64,000 nt of DNA from Candidatus Staskawiczbacteria bacterium (GTDB lineage Bacteria; Patescibacteriota; Minisyncoccia; Minisyncoccales; Staskawiczbacteraceae), in contig JBAZYR010000005.1 in NCBI GenBank assembly GCA_041659225.1, forward strand, positions 4,824 through 68,823, given 5' to 3'. The position numbers and the translations under genes are program-made. Under the pieces are notes generated by a model. That model was not told the DNA's origin. It was given only the letters and a program-made list of their open reading frames with translations, and did no database searches. Positions 27,561 to 37,542 of the stretch are shown piece by piece. Within the stretch, counting starts at the first letter, position 1. Each line of letters begins with the position of its first letter.

Positions 27561-28298
27561 ATGGTAGAAATAGTAATAAGAGCAGAGGAAATATTTAGGA
27601 TCGGGAACTACGTTTTTACGAACAGTCTAATCCTGTCGATTGTTGTTTTTATCGTTTTATTGATATTGGCTTTATCTATCAGGCGAAGTATTAAGCTTGT
27701 TCCCGGGAAGCTGCAGAATATCTTTGAAATGCTTCTGGAATTTTTGCTTTCTCTGATGGATTCTGTGTTGGGCGATCGGAAGAAATCCGAAAAGTATTTG
27801 CCTTTGATTGCCACCATTTTCTTTTTTGTGTTAGCTTCAAATTGGTTGGGCTTGCTCCCCGGAGTCGGCTCTTTTGTTTTAAACGAGGGCCATACCGCAA
27901 TTCCTCTTTTGAGGTCTCCGGCCGCTGACTTAAATTTCACCTTAGCTCTCGCTATTATCGCGGTTTTAAGCACTAATTTTTTTGGTATGGCAATATTAGG
28001 GTTCTTCTCGCACATTAAGAAGTTTTTAAATTTTTCTGGGCCGATCAATTTCTTTGTCGGGATTCTCGAATTTTTATCTGAAATATCCCGAGTGATATCG
28101 TTTTCCTTCAGATTATTTGGTAATATATTTGCGGGTGAGGTTTTACTTACTATTATTTTTTTCCTGTTGCCATATATTGTCCCTGTTCCGTTTTTGATGC
28201 TGGAAATTTTCTTTGGAATGATTCAGGCATTCATTTTCGCTATGCTAACGCTGGTATTTCTGGCTTCGCACATAACCGCCCACGCTGAACATAATTAA
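27561..28298 (+). CDS. atpB: F0F1 ATP synthase subunit a
   Basis: Multi-pass membrane protein with the conserved SFSFRLFGNIFAGEVLL (essential Arg) block. First gene of the atp cluster. Confidence 0.9.
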   Translation: MVEIVIRAEEIFRIGNYVFTNSLILSIVVFIVLLILALSIRRSIKLVPGKLQNIFEMLLEFLLSLMDSVLGDRKKSEKYLPLIATIFFFVLASNWLGLLPGVGSFVLNEGHTAIPLLRSPAADLNFTLALAIIAVLSTNFFGMAILGFFSHIKKFLNFSGPINFFVGILEFLSEISRVISFSFRLFGNIFAGEVLLTIIFFLLPYIVPVPFLMLEIFFGMIQAFIFAMLTLVFLASHITAHAEHN

Positions 28299-28337
28299 AA
28301 ATTAAAGTCGAATAATTAATAAATAAAAAATAAAAAC

Positions 28338-28565
28338 ATGGACGCAGAAACAATTCGTTTATTATCCACAGCCATCGCAATAGGAGTTGGAGTAATCGCT
28401 CCAGCTTTAGCCGTTGGTATGATCGGTGCAGCTGCCCTAAAGGGTATCAGCAGAAATCCTGAGGCAACTTCAAAAATACAGACGAACATGATTCTGGCTA
28501 TCGCCTTTGCTGAAGCATTGGGTATTTACGCCTTAGTCATCGCCCTTATTATTAAATTCGTATAA
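28338..28565 (+). CDS. atpE: F0F1 ATP synthase subunit c
   Basis: 75-aa hairpin proteolipid: GIGVGVIAPALAVG ... ILAIAFAEALGIYALVIALII (carboxylate E). Confidence 0.9.
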   Translation: MDAETIRLLSTAIAIGVGVIAPALAVGMIGAAALKGISRNPEATSKIQTNMILAIAFAEALGIYALVIALIIKFV

Positions 28566-28581
28566 TCGATAAGTTCCGCAT

Positions 28582-29085
28582 ATGAACGAATTTTTAAGTC
28601 AATTCGGCATCGACTGGAAGCTTTTTGTAAGCCAGCTTGTTAACTTCGCCCTGATTTTAATAATCCTTAGGATTTTTGTATACAGACCCTTAATCAAGAT
28701 GCTCAATCAAAGAAGAGATAAAATACAAGAAGGTTTGGCTAAAGCAGAAGAGGCGGGGATTAGACTGAAGGAAGTTGACGAGATTGCGAAAAAGAAACTG
28801 AAGGAAACCGAGGAAAAATCTGTTTCCATTCTTGCCCAGACCGATGTAAAGAAAAAGGAATTGGAATCCGAGGCCGTTTTGGCGGTCAAGAAAAAAGAGC
28901 AGGAAATGACGGCAAAGGCTGAAGCAATGGTAGAAAGCCAGAAAAACCAAATGTTTGCGAAGATCCAGGAACAGGCTGCCGAGATCGTAAGGTCAGCCAT
29001 CGCAAAGGGCATTGAACAGGAGCCCGGCCAAATTGACGAAAAATTAATTAAGAAAACCGTTTCTTTTTTGAAAAATGAACTATAG
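28582..29085 (+). CDS. atpF: F0F1 ATP synthase subunit b
   Basis: Single N-terminal TM followed by a long charged coiled coil. Position in the operon. Confidence 0.85.
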   Translation: MNEFLSQFGIDWKLFVSQLVNFALILIILRIFVYRPLIKMLNQRRDKIQEGLAKAEEAGIRLKEVDEIAKKKLKETEEKSVSILAQTDVKKKELESEAVLAVKKKEQEMTAKAEAMVESQKNQMFAKIQEQAAEIVRSAIAKGIEQEPGQIDEKLIKKTVSFLKNEL

Positions 29086-29461
29086 CCCCAAGCTTTATGC
29101 GATTGCTTTCTGCCAGGCAGTCAAAGAGGCAAAAACTGCAGATAGCATCAACAAGTGCATTAAAAGCCTATTAGTTTTAGTTGAAAAAAACCGGGATCAA
29201 AAGAAGCTTAGGGATATTGCGTTCTTTGCAGAAAAGATCTTGAATAAGGAATCTGGACATAGAAAAATTTTAGTTGAAAGCGCACGAGTTTTAACCAAGG
29301 AAAACGAGGAAATGATCGATTCTTTTACTAAAAAAACCGACCAGGTTGTTAAAAAGATAAACCCAAGTTTGGTTGCCGGCGTGAAAATAGTGATAGACGA
29401 CGAGGTTCAAATCGACGGATCTTTTTCTAAAAAAATAAAAAGAGTATTAAATACGATATAA
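29075..29461 (+). CDS. atpH: F0F1 ATP synthase subunit delta (short form)
   Basis: Operon position. C-terminal [27 protein letters not shown] matches the OSCP/delta C-terminus. Only 128 aa. Confidence 0.7.
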   Translation: MNYSPKLYAIAFCQAVKEAKTADSINKCIKSLLVLVEKNRDQKKLRDIAFFAEKILNKESGHRKILVESARVLTKENEEMIDSFTKKTDQVVKKINPSLVAGVKIVIDDEVQIDGSFSKKIKRVLNTI

Positions 29462-29465
29462 AAAA

Positions 29466-30989
29466 ATGTCTTACGAAATAATCGAAAAATTAAAGCAGGC
29501 TATAGACGGCTATAAAGATACTGAAAAGCTCGAGCAAGTCGGACGAGTTATCGAATCGGGCGACGGAATCGTAAAGATTTACGGATTGAAAAACGTCAGG
29601 TCTCAAGAGGTTATTGTAATCGAAAGCGACAAGGGAGATGTAAGCGCCCTTGCTCTTAATCTAGAAGAAGATTCAGTCGGAGCGCTGGTCTTGGGCGATC
29701 ACGTTGGCATAAAAAGCGGGGACATTGTCAAAAGAACTAATAAATTATTATCAATTGAGGTGGGTAAGTCTTTGCTGGGGCGGGTTGTAAGTCCATTAGG
29801 CGAAGCACTTGATGGACGCGGTTCCATATTCACAAAAGAAAAATCGGAGTTAAGACCATTGGAAAACGATGCTCCGTCTGTTCTGGAGAGAGAACCCGTT
29901 GATACGCCGCTTCATACTGGAATTAAAACAATTGATTCCATGATTCCTATCGGAAGGGGACAAAGAGAGCTTATTATCGGAGACCGCCAAACTGGAAAAT
30001 CCGCCATTGTTATTGATACGATTATCAACCAACACGTTGATACGTATAGAAAGACGCCGGTTTGTATTTACGTTGCGATAGGCCAGAAAGAATCAAAGAT
30101 TGCCAAGACTTTAGAGACTATAAAAAATGCCGGCGCATTAGATTATACAATTATTGTTTCAGCTCCGGCTTCTTCACCAGCAGCCTTATGGTATCTAGCC
30201 CCCTACGCCGGATGCGCTATCGGAGAGTACTTCCGGGATAACGGCCAAGACGCTGTCGTAATTTACGATGATTTATCAAAACACGCCTGGGCGTATCGGC
30301 AAATATCGTTGCTTTTGAGAAGGCCCCCGGGAAGAGAGGCCTATCCTGGAGATATTTTCTATCTGCATTCAAGGTTACTGGAGAGAGCTGCAAAACTTTC
30401 AAAGAAAAAAGGAGGCGGATCATTAACGGCCCTGCCGATCGTCGAAACCCAGCTCGGTGACGTTACTGCCTATATTCCTACCAACATCATCTCCATTACT
30501 GACGGTCAAATTTACCTTGAAAGCGATTTATTCTATCAGGGCGTAAGACCTGCAGTTAACGTTGGTCTGTCTGTTTCCAGAGTCGGTTCAAAAGCCCAAA
30601 CCCCTGCCATGAAGAAAATTGCGGGAAAACTAAGACTTGAACTTGCTCAATTCCGAGAGCTTCAGGCATTTATTCAATTTGCTTCGGATGTAGACGACGC
30701 AACTAAAAAGAAGATAAAAAGGGGACAGATTATTACTGAAATTTTGAAGCAGTCGGATTTAGCCCCTATGCCGTTTGAAAAACAAATTATTATATTATTC
30801 GCCGCGCTCAATAACTATCTCGACGACGTCGAATCATCTGAATTATCTGAGTTGCAAGGTAAATTAGTCGAGAATATTGAAAAGCTGCACGACAAGGAGA
30901 TATTAGAGCCTTTGAGAAAGACCGGAACCCTGGACAAAGAGACCGAAGAAAAATTAAAAGCCGCAATTGAAAACTTTATTACAAAATAG
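29466..30989 (+). CDS. atpA: F0F1 ATP synthase subunit alpha
   Basis: [11 protein letters not shown]-loop, [20 protein letters not shown], and so on. Confidence 0.95.
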   Translation: MSYEIIEKLKQAIDGYKDTEKLEQVGRVIESGDGIVKIYGLKNVRSQEVIVIESDKGDVSALALNLEEDSVGALVLGDHVGIKSGDIVKRTNKLLSIEVGKSLLGRVVSPLGEALDGRGSIFTKEKSELRPLENDAPSVLEREPVDTPLHTGIKTIDSMIPIGRGQRELIIGDRQTGKSAIVIDTIINQHVDTYRKTPVCIYVAIGQKESKIAKTLETIKNAGALDYTIIVSAPASSPAALWYLAPYAGCAIGEYFRDNGQDAVVIYDDLSKHAWAYRQISLLLRRPPGREAYPGDIFYLHSRLLERAAKLSKKKGGGSLTALPIVETQLGDVTAYIPTNIISITDGQIYLESDLFYQGVRPAVNVGLSVSRVGSKAQTPAMKKIAGKLRLELAQFRELQAFIQFASDVDDATKKKIKRGQIITEILKQSDLAPMPFEKQIIILFAALNNYLDDVESSELSELQGKLVENIEKLHDKEILEPLRKTGTLDKETEEKLKAAIENFITK

Positions 30990-30991
30990 AC

Positions 30992-33318
<2,327 letters not shown>

Positions 33319-33564
33319 ATGAAGGTTCTTATTTACTCTTTAAAAAATACTCTATTCCAAGACGAAGCAATTTCCTTAAGTTGCAAAACTTCCTCGGGAG
33401 AAATTACGGTTTTAGATCATCACGAGCCTTTGATAACTAACATCGAAATGGGCCTGATTAAGATAATTGACAAAAATCAAAAATCCAGCTATATTCAAGT
33501 CTCACGTGGGTTCCTTGAAATAAGAGCAAGCAACGAGGTCCGTTGCATAATTGAGGAGACATAA
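33319..33564 (+). CDS. atpC: F0F1 ATP synthase subunit epsilon, N-terminal beta-sandwich only
   Basis: Operon position, and the start abuts the atpD stop. At 81 aa it lacks the usual C-terminal helical hairpin. Confidence 0.75.
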   Translation: MKVLIYSLKNTLFQDEAISLSCKTSSGEITVLDHHEPLITNIEMGLIKIIDKNQKSSYIQVSRGFLEIRASNEVRCIIEET

Positions 33565-33566
33565 CT

Positions 33567-34028
33567 ATGGGACAAGCCATCCAATTCACAACTCCAAGCG
33601 ACCATTACGACTTTCGAAAAGAGAAGGGTTGTTGCATTCTTTGGTGCACAGATGCCCGATTCACTCCAGCTTTAGACAAGTTTGTGGCTGAACGCGGATA
33701 TATGCGCTACGATTTAATCCGTATCGCCGGTGGCGCGAACGTGTTGGCCACGCCCGAAGGAGACGGAGCAAGGTTTGTTATCGGTCAATTTGGCGCATTA
33801 CACAACCTTCACCATTTTGATAGCATCATACTAATGATGCATCAGGATTGCGGAGCCTGCGGCGGAAGCAAGGCATTCGGGGACGATTGCGCGCGGGAAT
33901 TACAGGATTTGAATTTACGACTATCCACCGCTTGCAAAGCCGTACGCGATAGCTTACCGTCAATCAAGGTGGAAACGGTTCTAGTGACCTTCAAGGAAAT
34001 CATATCAATTCCGCAACCTGTTCTCTAA
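33567..34028 (+). CDS. divergent beta-carbonic-anhydrase-like protein (CxDxR ... HxxC), cassette D
   Basis: C27-T-D29-A-R31 (ILWCTDARF), LIRIAGGANV (compare the beta-CA FVxRNAGN block), H92-Q-D-C95 (MMHQDCGACGG). The ATG lies 2 nt after the atpC stop, and its RBS GAGGAG is formed by the last atpC codons. Paralog of 39279-39848. Confidence 0.5.
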   Translation: MGQAIQFTTPSDHYDFRKEKGCCILWCTDARFTPALDKFVAERGYMRYDLIRIAGGANVLATPEGDGARFVIGQFGALHNLHHFDSIILMMHQDCGACGGSKAFGDDCARELQDLNLRLSTACKAVRDSLPSIKVETVLVTFKEIISIPQPVL

Positions 34029-34040
34029 AAGGAGGATCGG

Positions 34041-34304
34041 ATGAAGTTTACGACGAAGGCCGACTATTGGTATGGCAATCGACACGCGGTCGTTATTATC
34101 ACCATTGAAGGTAAGGGTGGAAAGGTTTTTATCACAACCGAATACGAAAAGAAAATCGAAGCAGAAATGATTTATAACAAGATACAGTTGAGATTCGAGG
34201 CGCCGGGTGCCCACGGTACTCGTATATACATAGTTTTTAATGACACACATCATCCCCCGGTACCGATTGCTCAGATGTACAAAGAGCTCCACGGAGAATC
34301 GTGA
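34041..34304 (+). CDS. small hypothetical protein, paralog 1 (cassette D)
   Basis: RBS AAGGAGG 5 nt upstream. Shares KF..(A)(D/E)Y.YG.NRA, G.FIT, L.FE...G.R and IA.M with the next ORF. Confidence 0.4.
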   Translation: MKFTTKADYWYGNRHAVVIITIEGKGGKVFITTEYEKKIEAEMIYNKIQLRFEAPGAHGTRIYIVFNDTHHPPVPIAQMYKELHGES

Positions 34305-34585
34305 TGAATGTGAAATTCAATGTCCAAGCGGAATACACTTACGGTGATAATAGGGCAATCACAGCTCAAATCATTATCGAAAGAACGCCAACTGGAATCT
34401 TCATAACCAACCTAGCTGAACTTCCTGTGAAAGTAACGATGCGTTTTGACGCTGTGCAATCCAAATTGATTTTTGAAGAAACTGCCGCGAATGGAAAGCG
34501 TGTTCACACGATTTCCGAAAAACATCTATCGCCTCACGAAATCGCTGATATGCATACAGCTCTTCTACTTGGCAAAACTCAATGA
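34301..34585 (+). CDS. small hypothetical protein, paralog 2 (cassette D)
   Basis: Start overlaps the upstream stop (GTGATGA context). Paralogous to 34041-34304. Confidence 0.4.
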   Translation: MMNVKFNVQAEYTYGDNRAITAQIIIERTPTGIFITNLAELPVKVTMRFDAVQSKLIFEETAANGKRVHTISEKHLSPHEIADMHTALLLGKTQ

Positions 34586-34590
34586 ATAAT

Positions 34591-34620
34591 AGGCTCGCGA
34601 ATCCGCTGGCCTTTTTCTTT
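34591..34620 (+). terminator. intrinsic terminator closing the atp operon plus cassette D
   Basis: AGGCTCGCG-aatc-CGCTGGCCT (9-bp stem with 2 mismatches) followed by tttttcttt. Confidence 0.5.
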
Positions 34621-34642
34621 ACAAAAAGGTTTGGTATAATAG

Positions 34643-35296
34643 ATGAAGAAATATATGTTAAAATATTTTGAACGTGGCATATCCACGCCTGTCGCAATCG
34701 CAATAATCATTATTGCCCTGCTGGTTATATCTGGCGGTGTGTTGGTTGGCATATATTCTGATCAACTAAATATTTTTCCCCCCGTGCCAAATTCAGTAAA
34801 TCCGGAATCGAATGAAACCGAGGCTCTTGGTAATGAAGAATTATTATTCGCTATTAATAGAAGTATTTTTTCTATACCAGGAGATGGGACTGACGAGAAT
34901 AAAACAATCCAACTGGCGAACGGCCAGTATTTTGAAGAAAACTATTCGGCGACTATCGGAATGGTCTTGTTGGGAGATTTAGATAATGATAGTAAAAACG
35001 ATGCGGTAGTATCGATATATGTATCGCGTAATAAAACTTCACCTAGCGTATATTTAATGGTTGTGTTGAACCGGGCTGGAGCCATCACGAACGTGCCAGA
35101 CGCGACAATAAAATTAGATGCAGGAACCCGGGTGAACTTGATTGATATCAAGGATGGGATTCTTAGCGTTAGTGCGACTGCCAGTGACGCAACACCTAAC
35201 CCGGACGGCAGCATAACAATCTCGCCGGGCGCAGATACCACGTTTTTAATGTATAGGTACACTGGGAAATCTTTAAGATTATTAAATAATAACTAG
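34643..35296 (+). CDS. membrane-anchored/secreted hypothetical protein
   Basis: N-terminal TM (VAIAIIIIALLVISGGVLVGI). The extended -10 TGGTATAAT (34632-34640) ends 2 nt before this ATG, so the in-frame ATG at 34655 may be the real, nearly leaderless start. Confidence 0.45.
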   Translation: MKKYMLKYFERGISTPVAIAIIIIALLVISGGVLVGIYSDQLNIFPPVPNSVNPESNETEALGNEELLFAINRSIFSIPGDGTDENKTIQLANGQYFEENYSATIGMVLLGDLDNDSKNDAVVSIYVSRNKTSPSVYLMVVLNRAGAITNVPDATIKLDAGTRVNLIDIKDGILSVSATASDATPNPDGSITISPGADTTFLMYRYTGKSLRLLNNN

Positions 35297-35311
35297 TAAT
35301 TATATTAAAAT

Positions 35312-35758
35312 ATGAATAAGATCGCTATTGTTATTCTCCTCGGTATAGTTTTAATCGGCTTAGCCGTTGCATATATATTCTTAAACCCAAAAATTAATAA
35401 AAATATGGGAAATCCTAACTCAACTGATATTCAAGGCATGAAAGTAGAAGTTCTGAAAGAGGGAACCGGTGACGCAGTTGAAAATGGAATGACAGTTATG
35501 GCACACTATGTCGGAACATTGGAAGACGGAACAAAATTTGATTCCAGTATAGATAGGGGACAGCCATTTCCTTTTACCCTAGGCGTCGGCCAGGTTATAA
35601 AAGGCTGGGATTTAGGCGTAGTTGGCATGAAGGTAGGGGAGAAGCGGCGGCTTACTATCCCGGGTAATCTTGGCTACGGCGAAAACGGCATACCCGGATT
35701 AATCCCATCTAATTCTACGTTGATATTTGAGGTGGAACTGATTTCATTTACAAAATAA
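35312..35758 (+). CDS. FKBP-type peptidyl-prolyl cis-trans isomerase, membrane-anchored
   Basis: [53 protein letters not shown]. Confidence 0.85.
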   Translation: MNKIAIVILLGIVLIGLAVAYIFLNPKINKNMGNPNSTDIQGMKVEVLKEGTGDAVENGMTVMAHYVGTLEDGTKFDSSIDRGQPFPFTLGVGQVIKGWDLGVVGMKVGEKRRLTIPGNLGYGENGIPGLIPSNSTLIFEVELISFTK

Positions 35759-35790
35759 AGGTCGCGGGAATAAATTAAGATTAAAATATT

Positions 35791-36003
35791 ATGTTTTTAG
35801 GAATTATATTTTTAGTAGTCGGTGTCGCCCTTTTATTGAATAGCTTCGGATTCCTTAACGTCAGCTTTTGGGGATTTTTCTGGGCAGCTCTGTTCATCAT
35901 TGTGGGAATAAAAATACTTATGGGCAAAGATCACTGTTGCCTCGTTGGCTCTCACATGAAAAAACACAAATGCTGCGGTGGAGATCACGACGACGCTGAA
36001 TAA
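35791..36003 (+). CDS. small two-TM protein with Cys/His-rich tail
   Basis: Two hydrophobic helices, then DHCCLVGSHMKKHKCCGGDHDDAE. Confidence 0.4.
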   Translation: MFLGIIFLVVGVALLLNSFGFLNVSFWGFFWAALFIIVGIKILMGKDHCCLVGSHMKKHKCCGGDHDDAE

Positions 36004-36032
36004 ATCCTGAGAGACTTTCGAAAGTCGCTTTA

Positions 36033-36056
36033 CGCTGTCGCGTTCAGCGATTTTTT
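36033..36056 (+). terminator. intrinsic terminator
   Basis: CGCTG-tcgcgtt-CAGCG followed by attttttg, preceded by the palindrome GACTTTCGAAAGTC (36013-36026). Confidence 0.6.
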
Positions 36057-36077
36057 GTTAATATATATAGCAATCTC

Positions 36078-36800
36078 TTGACAGGTTTTACAATCCATGC
36101 TATCGTATTACTATACTTTACGATTATGCCGAGGATAGAAATTGCTGACTTTCCAATGAACTACTCGGGATAAATTCACGATTAGTTCTTTGGATGGTTG
36201 GCAGGCTCGCTTTTAAAGGTGAGCTGTCCGCTATCCTACAGGCCGCGTCCGACAGTTGGTGGGCGAGCGAACATAGACTCGAGGGTTTCCAAAAAATTAG
36301 GGCAATGCTAGTTGAGTCGCCGACGGCTTTCCACGTCGACGTGATACTCTCGCGTTGTGGATCTTCGGTGCAACGGGTGCCGAAACCTAGGCAGCGGTCA
36401 AGGGCCTACCCGAAAATCTTGACTGGGAACCCACCCACCAACTGTCACTTGTTCATTGAAAACAAAAGTAGAAACAGAACTTCGCGCTATCGTTCGCGTG
36501 AACGAAAGACGAAGTTTTCTTACTGAGGAGTACACTTTATGCGCACCCTTCGCCACCCGGTCATGTTTGCGATTATCTTCTGTGCGCACCGCCGGCACCG
36601 CCACGGTCAGCCCTGACCACGTCGGCACGGGCCCGCTAGCGCCCGAATCAAGATAGTCCTATGGATGGGCTGATTCGGGTTCTGGCGAAAGACCCAAGAG
36701 GAGGAACACATATGTTCCCCAAGGACCCTCCGTTCTACTAAAGACAAACGAGGGCAGGAACGTCTCATGGCCGAGGACGCATTCCTGCCCCTCTTTTTTT
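36078..36800 (+). ncRNA. candidate large structured RNA or micro-ORF leader unit (promoter to terminator, no credible long ORF)
   Basis: Promoter TTGACA (36078), 17-nt spacer, TATCGT. Many local perfect hairpins: CACGTCGACGTG 36332-43; TTCGGTGC/GTGCCGAA 36364-84; AACTTCG[CGTTC-gcgt-GAACG]CGAAGTT 36478-516; CCCGAATCA/TGATTCGGG 36642-79; GGAACAcataTGTTCC 36703-18. Ends in a strong terminator GGGCAGGAACGTC...GACGcaTTCCTGCCC plus ctcttttttt (36752-36800). The only long ORF (36194-36526) lacks an RBS and is Arg/Ser-rich. Confidence 0.3.
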
Positions 36801-36812
36801 ACATAAATATCC

Positions 36813-36840
36813 TTGACAAATCTCAGTATTTTATTATAAT
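36813..36840 (+). promoter_or_regulatory. consensus sigma-70 promoter of the nfeD-flotillin operon
   Basis: TTGACA, 16-nt spacer, TATAAT. Gives a leader of about 130 nt containing the GGCAAG-cgga-CTTGCC hairpin and an SD-preceded ATG-AAA-TAA mini-ORF (36908-36916). Confidence 0.6.
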
Positions 36841-36973
36841 AAGCACACTAAAGGCAAGCGGACTTGCCCGAAGAGTTCGTTGACAAGTTGGAAGGAGAGT
36901 CGAACAAATGAAATAAAATTCGCATATCGTATCGGTTTGTAGACGCAGGCCATGAAACGAAAGGAGACAGGCC

Positions 36974-37504
36974 ATGTTGGTGTTCTTTACGGTTGCTTTG
37001 ATCGCATTTTTGTACGTGGTGCTGGGATTTATTCTCGGCCACGCCCATGACGTCGGCCATGACATTCTAAGTCATGACGCGGATCATGAGGGTGCCGATG
37101 GCCACATGATCAGTATTTTCTCGACGCGAGTAATCGCCACCTTTATGATGGCTTTTGGAGCTGCTGGAGGAGTTTTCAAGTTTTACAATTTCAACTATCC
37201 TCTTTCATGCCTTGGTGGCATCGGCGCCGGCATAGTCGTGTCTATTCCCATTTATTTCTTACTGAATTTCATCGCGAAACAACAATCGAATTCTTTAGTG
37301 TTGACATCCTCTTTAGTCGGACTTTCTGGAGTTACGGAAACGGCAATGGAGGGGAATATCATGGGCGAGGTTGCGGTGTTCGCGCTGGGCCGGCGTAACA
37401 TTTACCAAGCCGTCTCTCGCTTGGGTAAGCCCATCGCCAAAGGATCGGCCGTGCGCGTGGTGAGAACCATGGGAAGTGACTTGGTTGTGGAAGTTCTGGC
37501 CTGA
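36974..37504 (+). CDS. NfeD/YqiJ-like membrane protein
   Basis: RBS AAGGAG. N-terminal TM plus His/Asp-rich loop (HAHDVGHDILSHDADHEGADGH), more TM segments, and a C-terminal NfeD OB-fold-like GVTETAMEGNIMGEVAV...GSAVRVVRTMGSDLVVEV. Confidence 0.7.
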   Translation: MLVFFTVALIAFLYVVLGFILGHAHDVGHDILSHDADHEGADGHMISIFSTRVIATFMMAFGAAGGVFKFYNFNYPLSCLGGIGAGIVVSIPIYFLLNFIAKQQSNSLVLTSSLVGLSGVTETAMEGNIMGEVAVFALGRRNIYQAVSRLGKPIAKGSAVRVVRTMGSDLVVEVLA

Positions 37505-37542
37505 GTCGCGGAATCGCGACCGAAAGATAAGGAGAAGAGATT

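Noticed and set aside
36194-36526. 110-aa plus-strand ORF inside the ORF-poor unit upstream of nfeD
   Set aside because: It has no AGGAG-type RBS, although every credible gene in this island has one. Its second half is Arg/Ser/Lys/Asn-rich low-complexity sequence. It is criss-crossed by perfect hairpins and overlapped by equally long ORFs in other frames and strands, as expected for GC-rich non-coding DNA. It remains an alternative to the ncRNA call.
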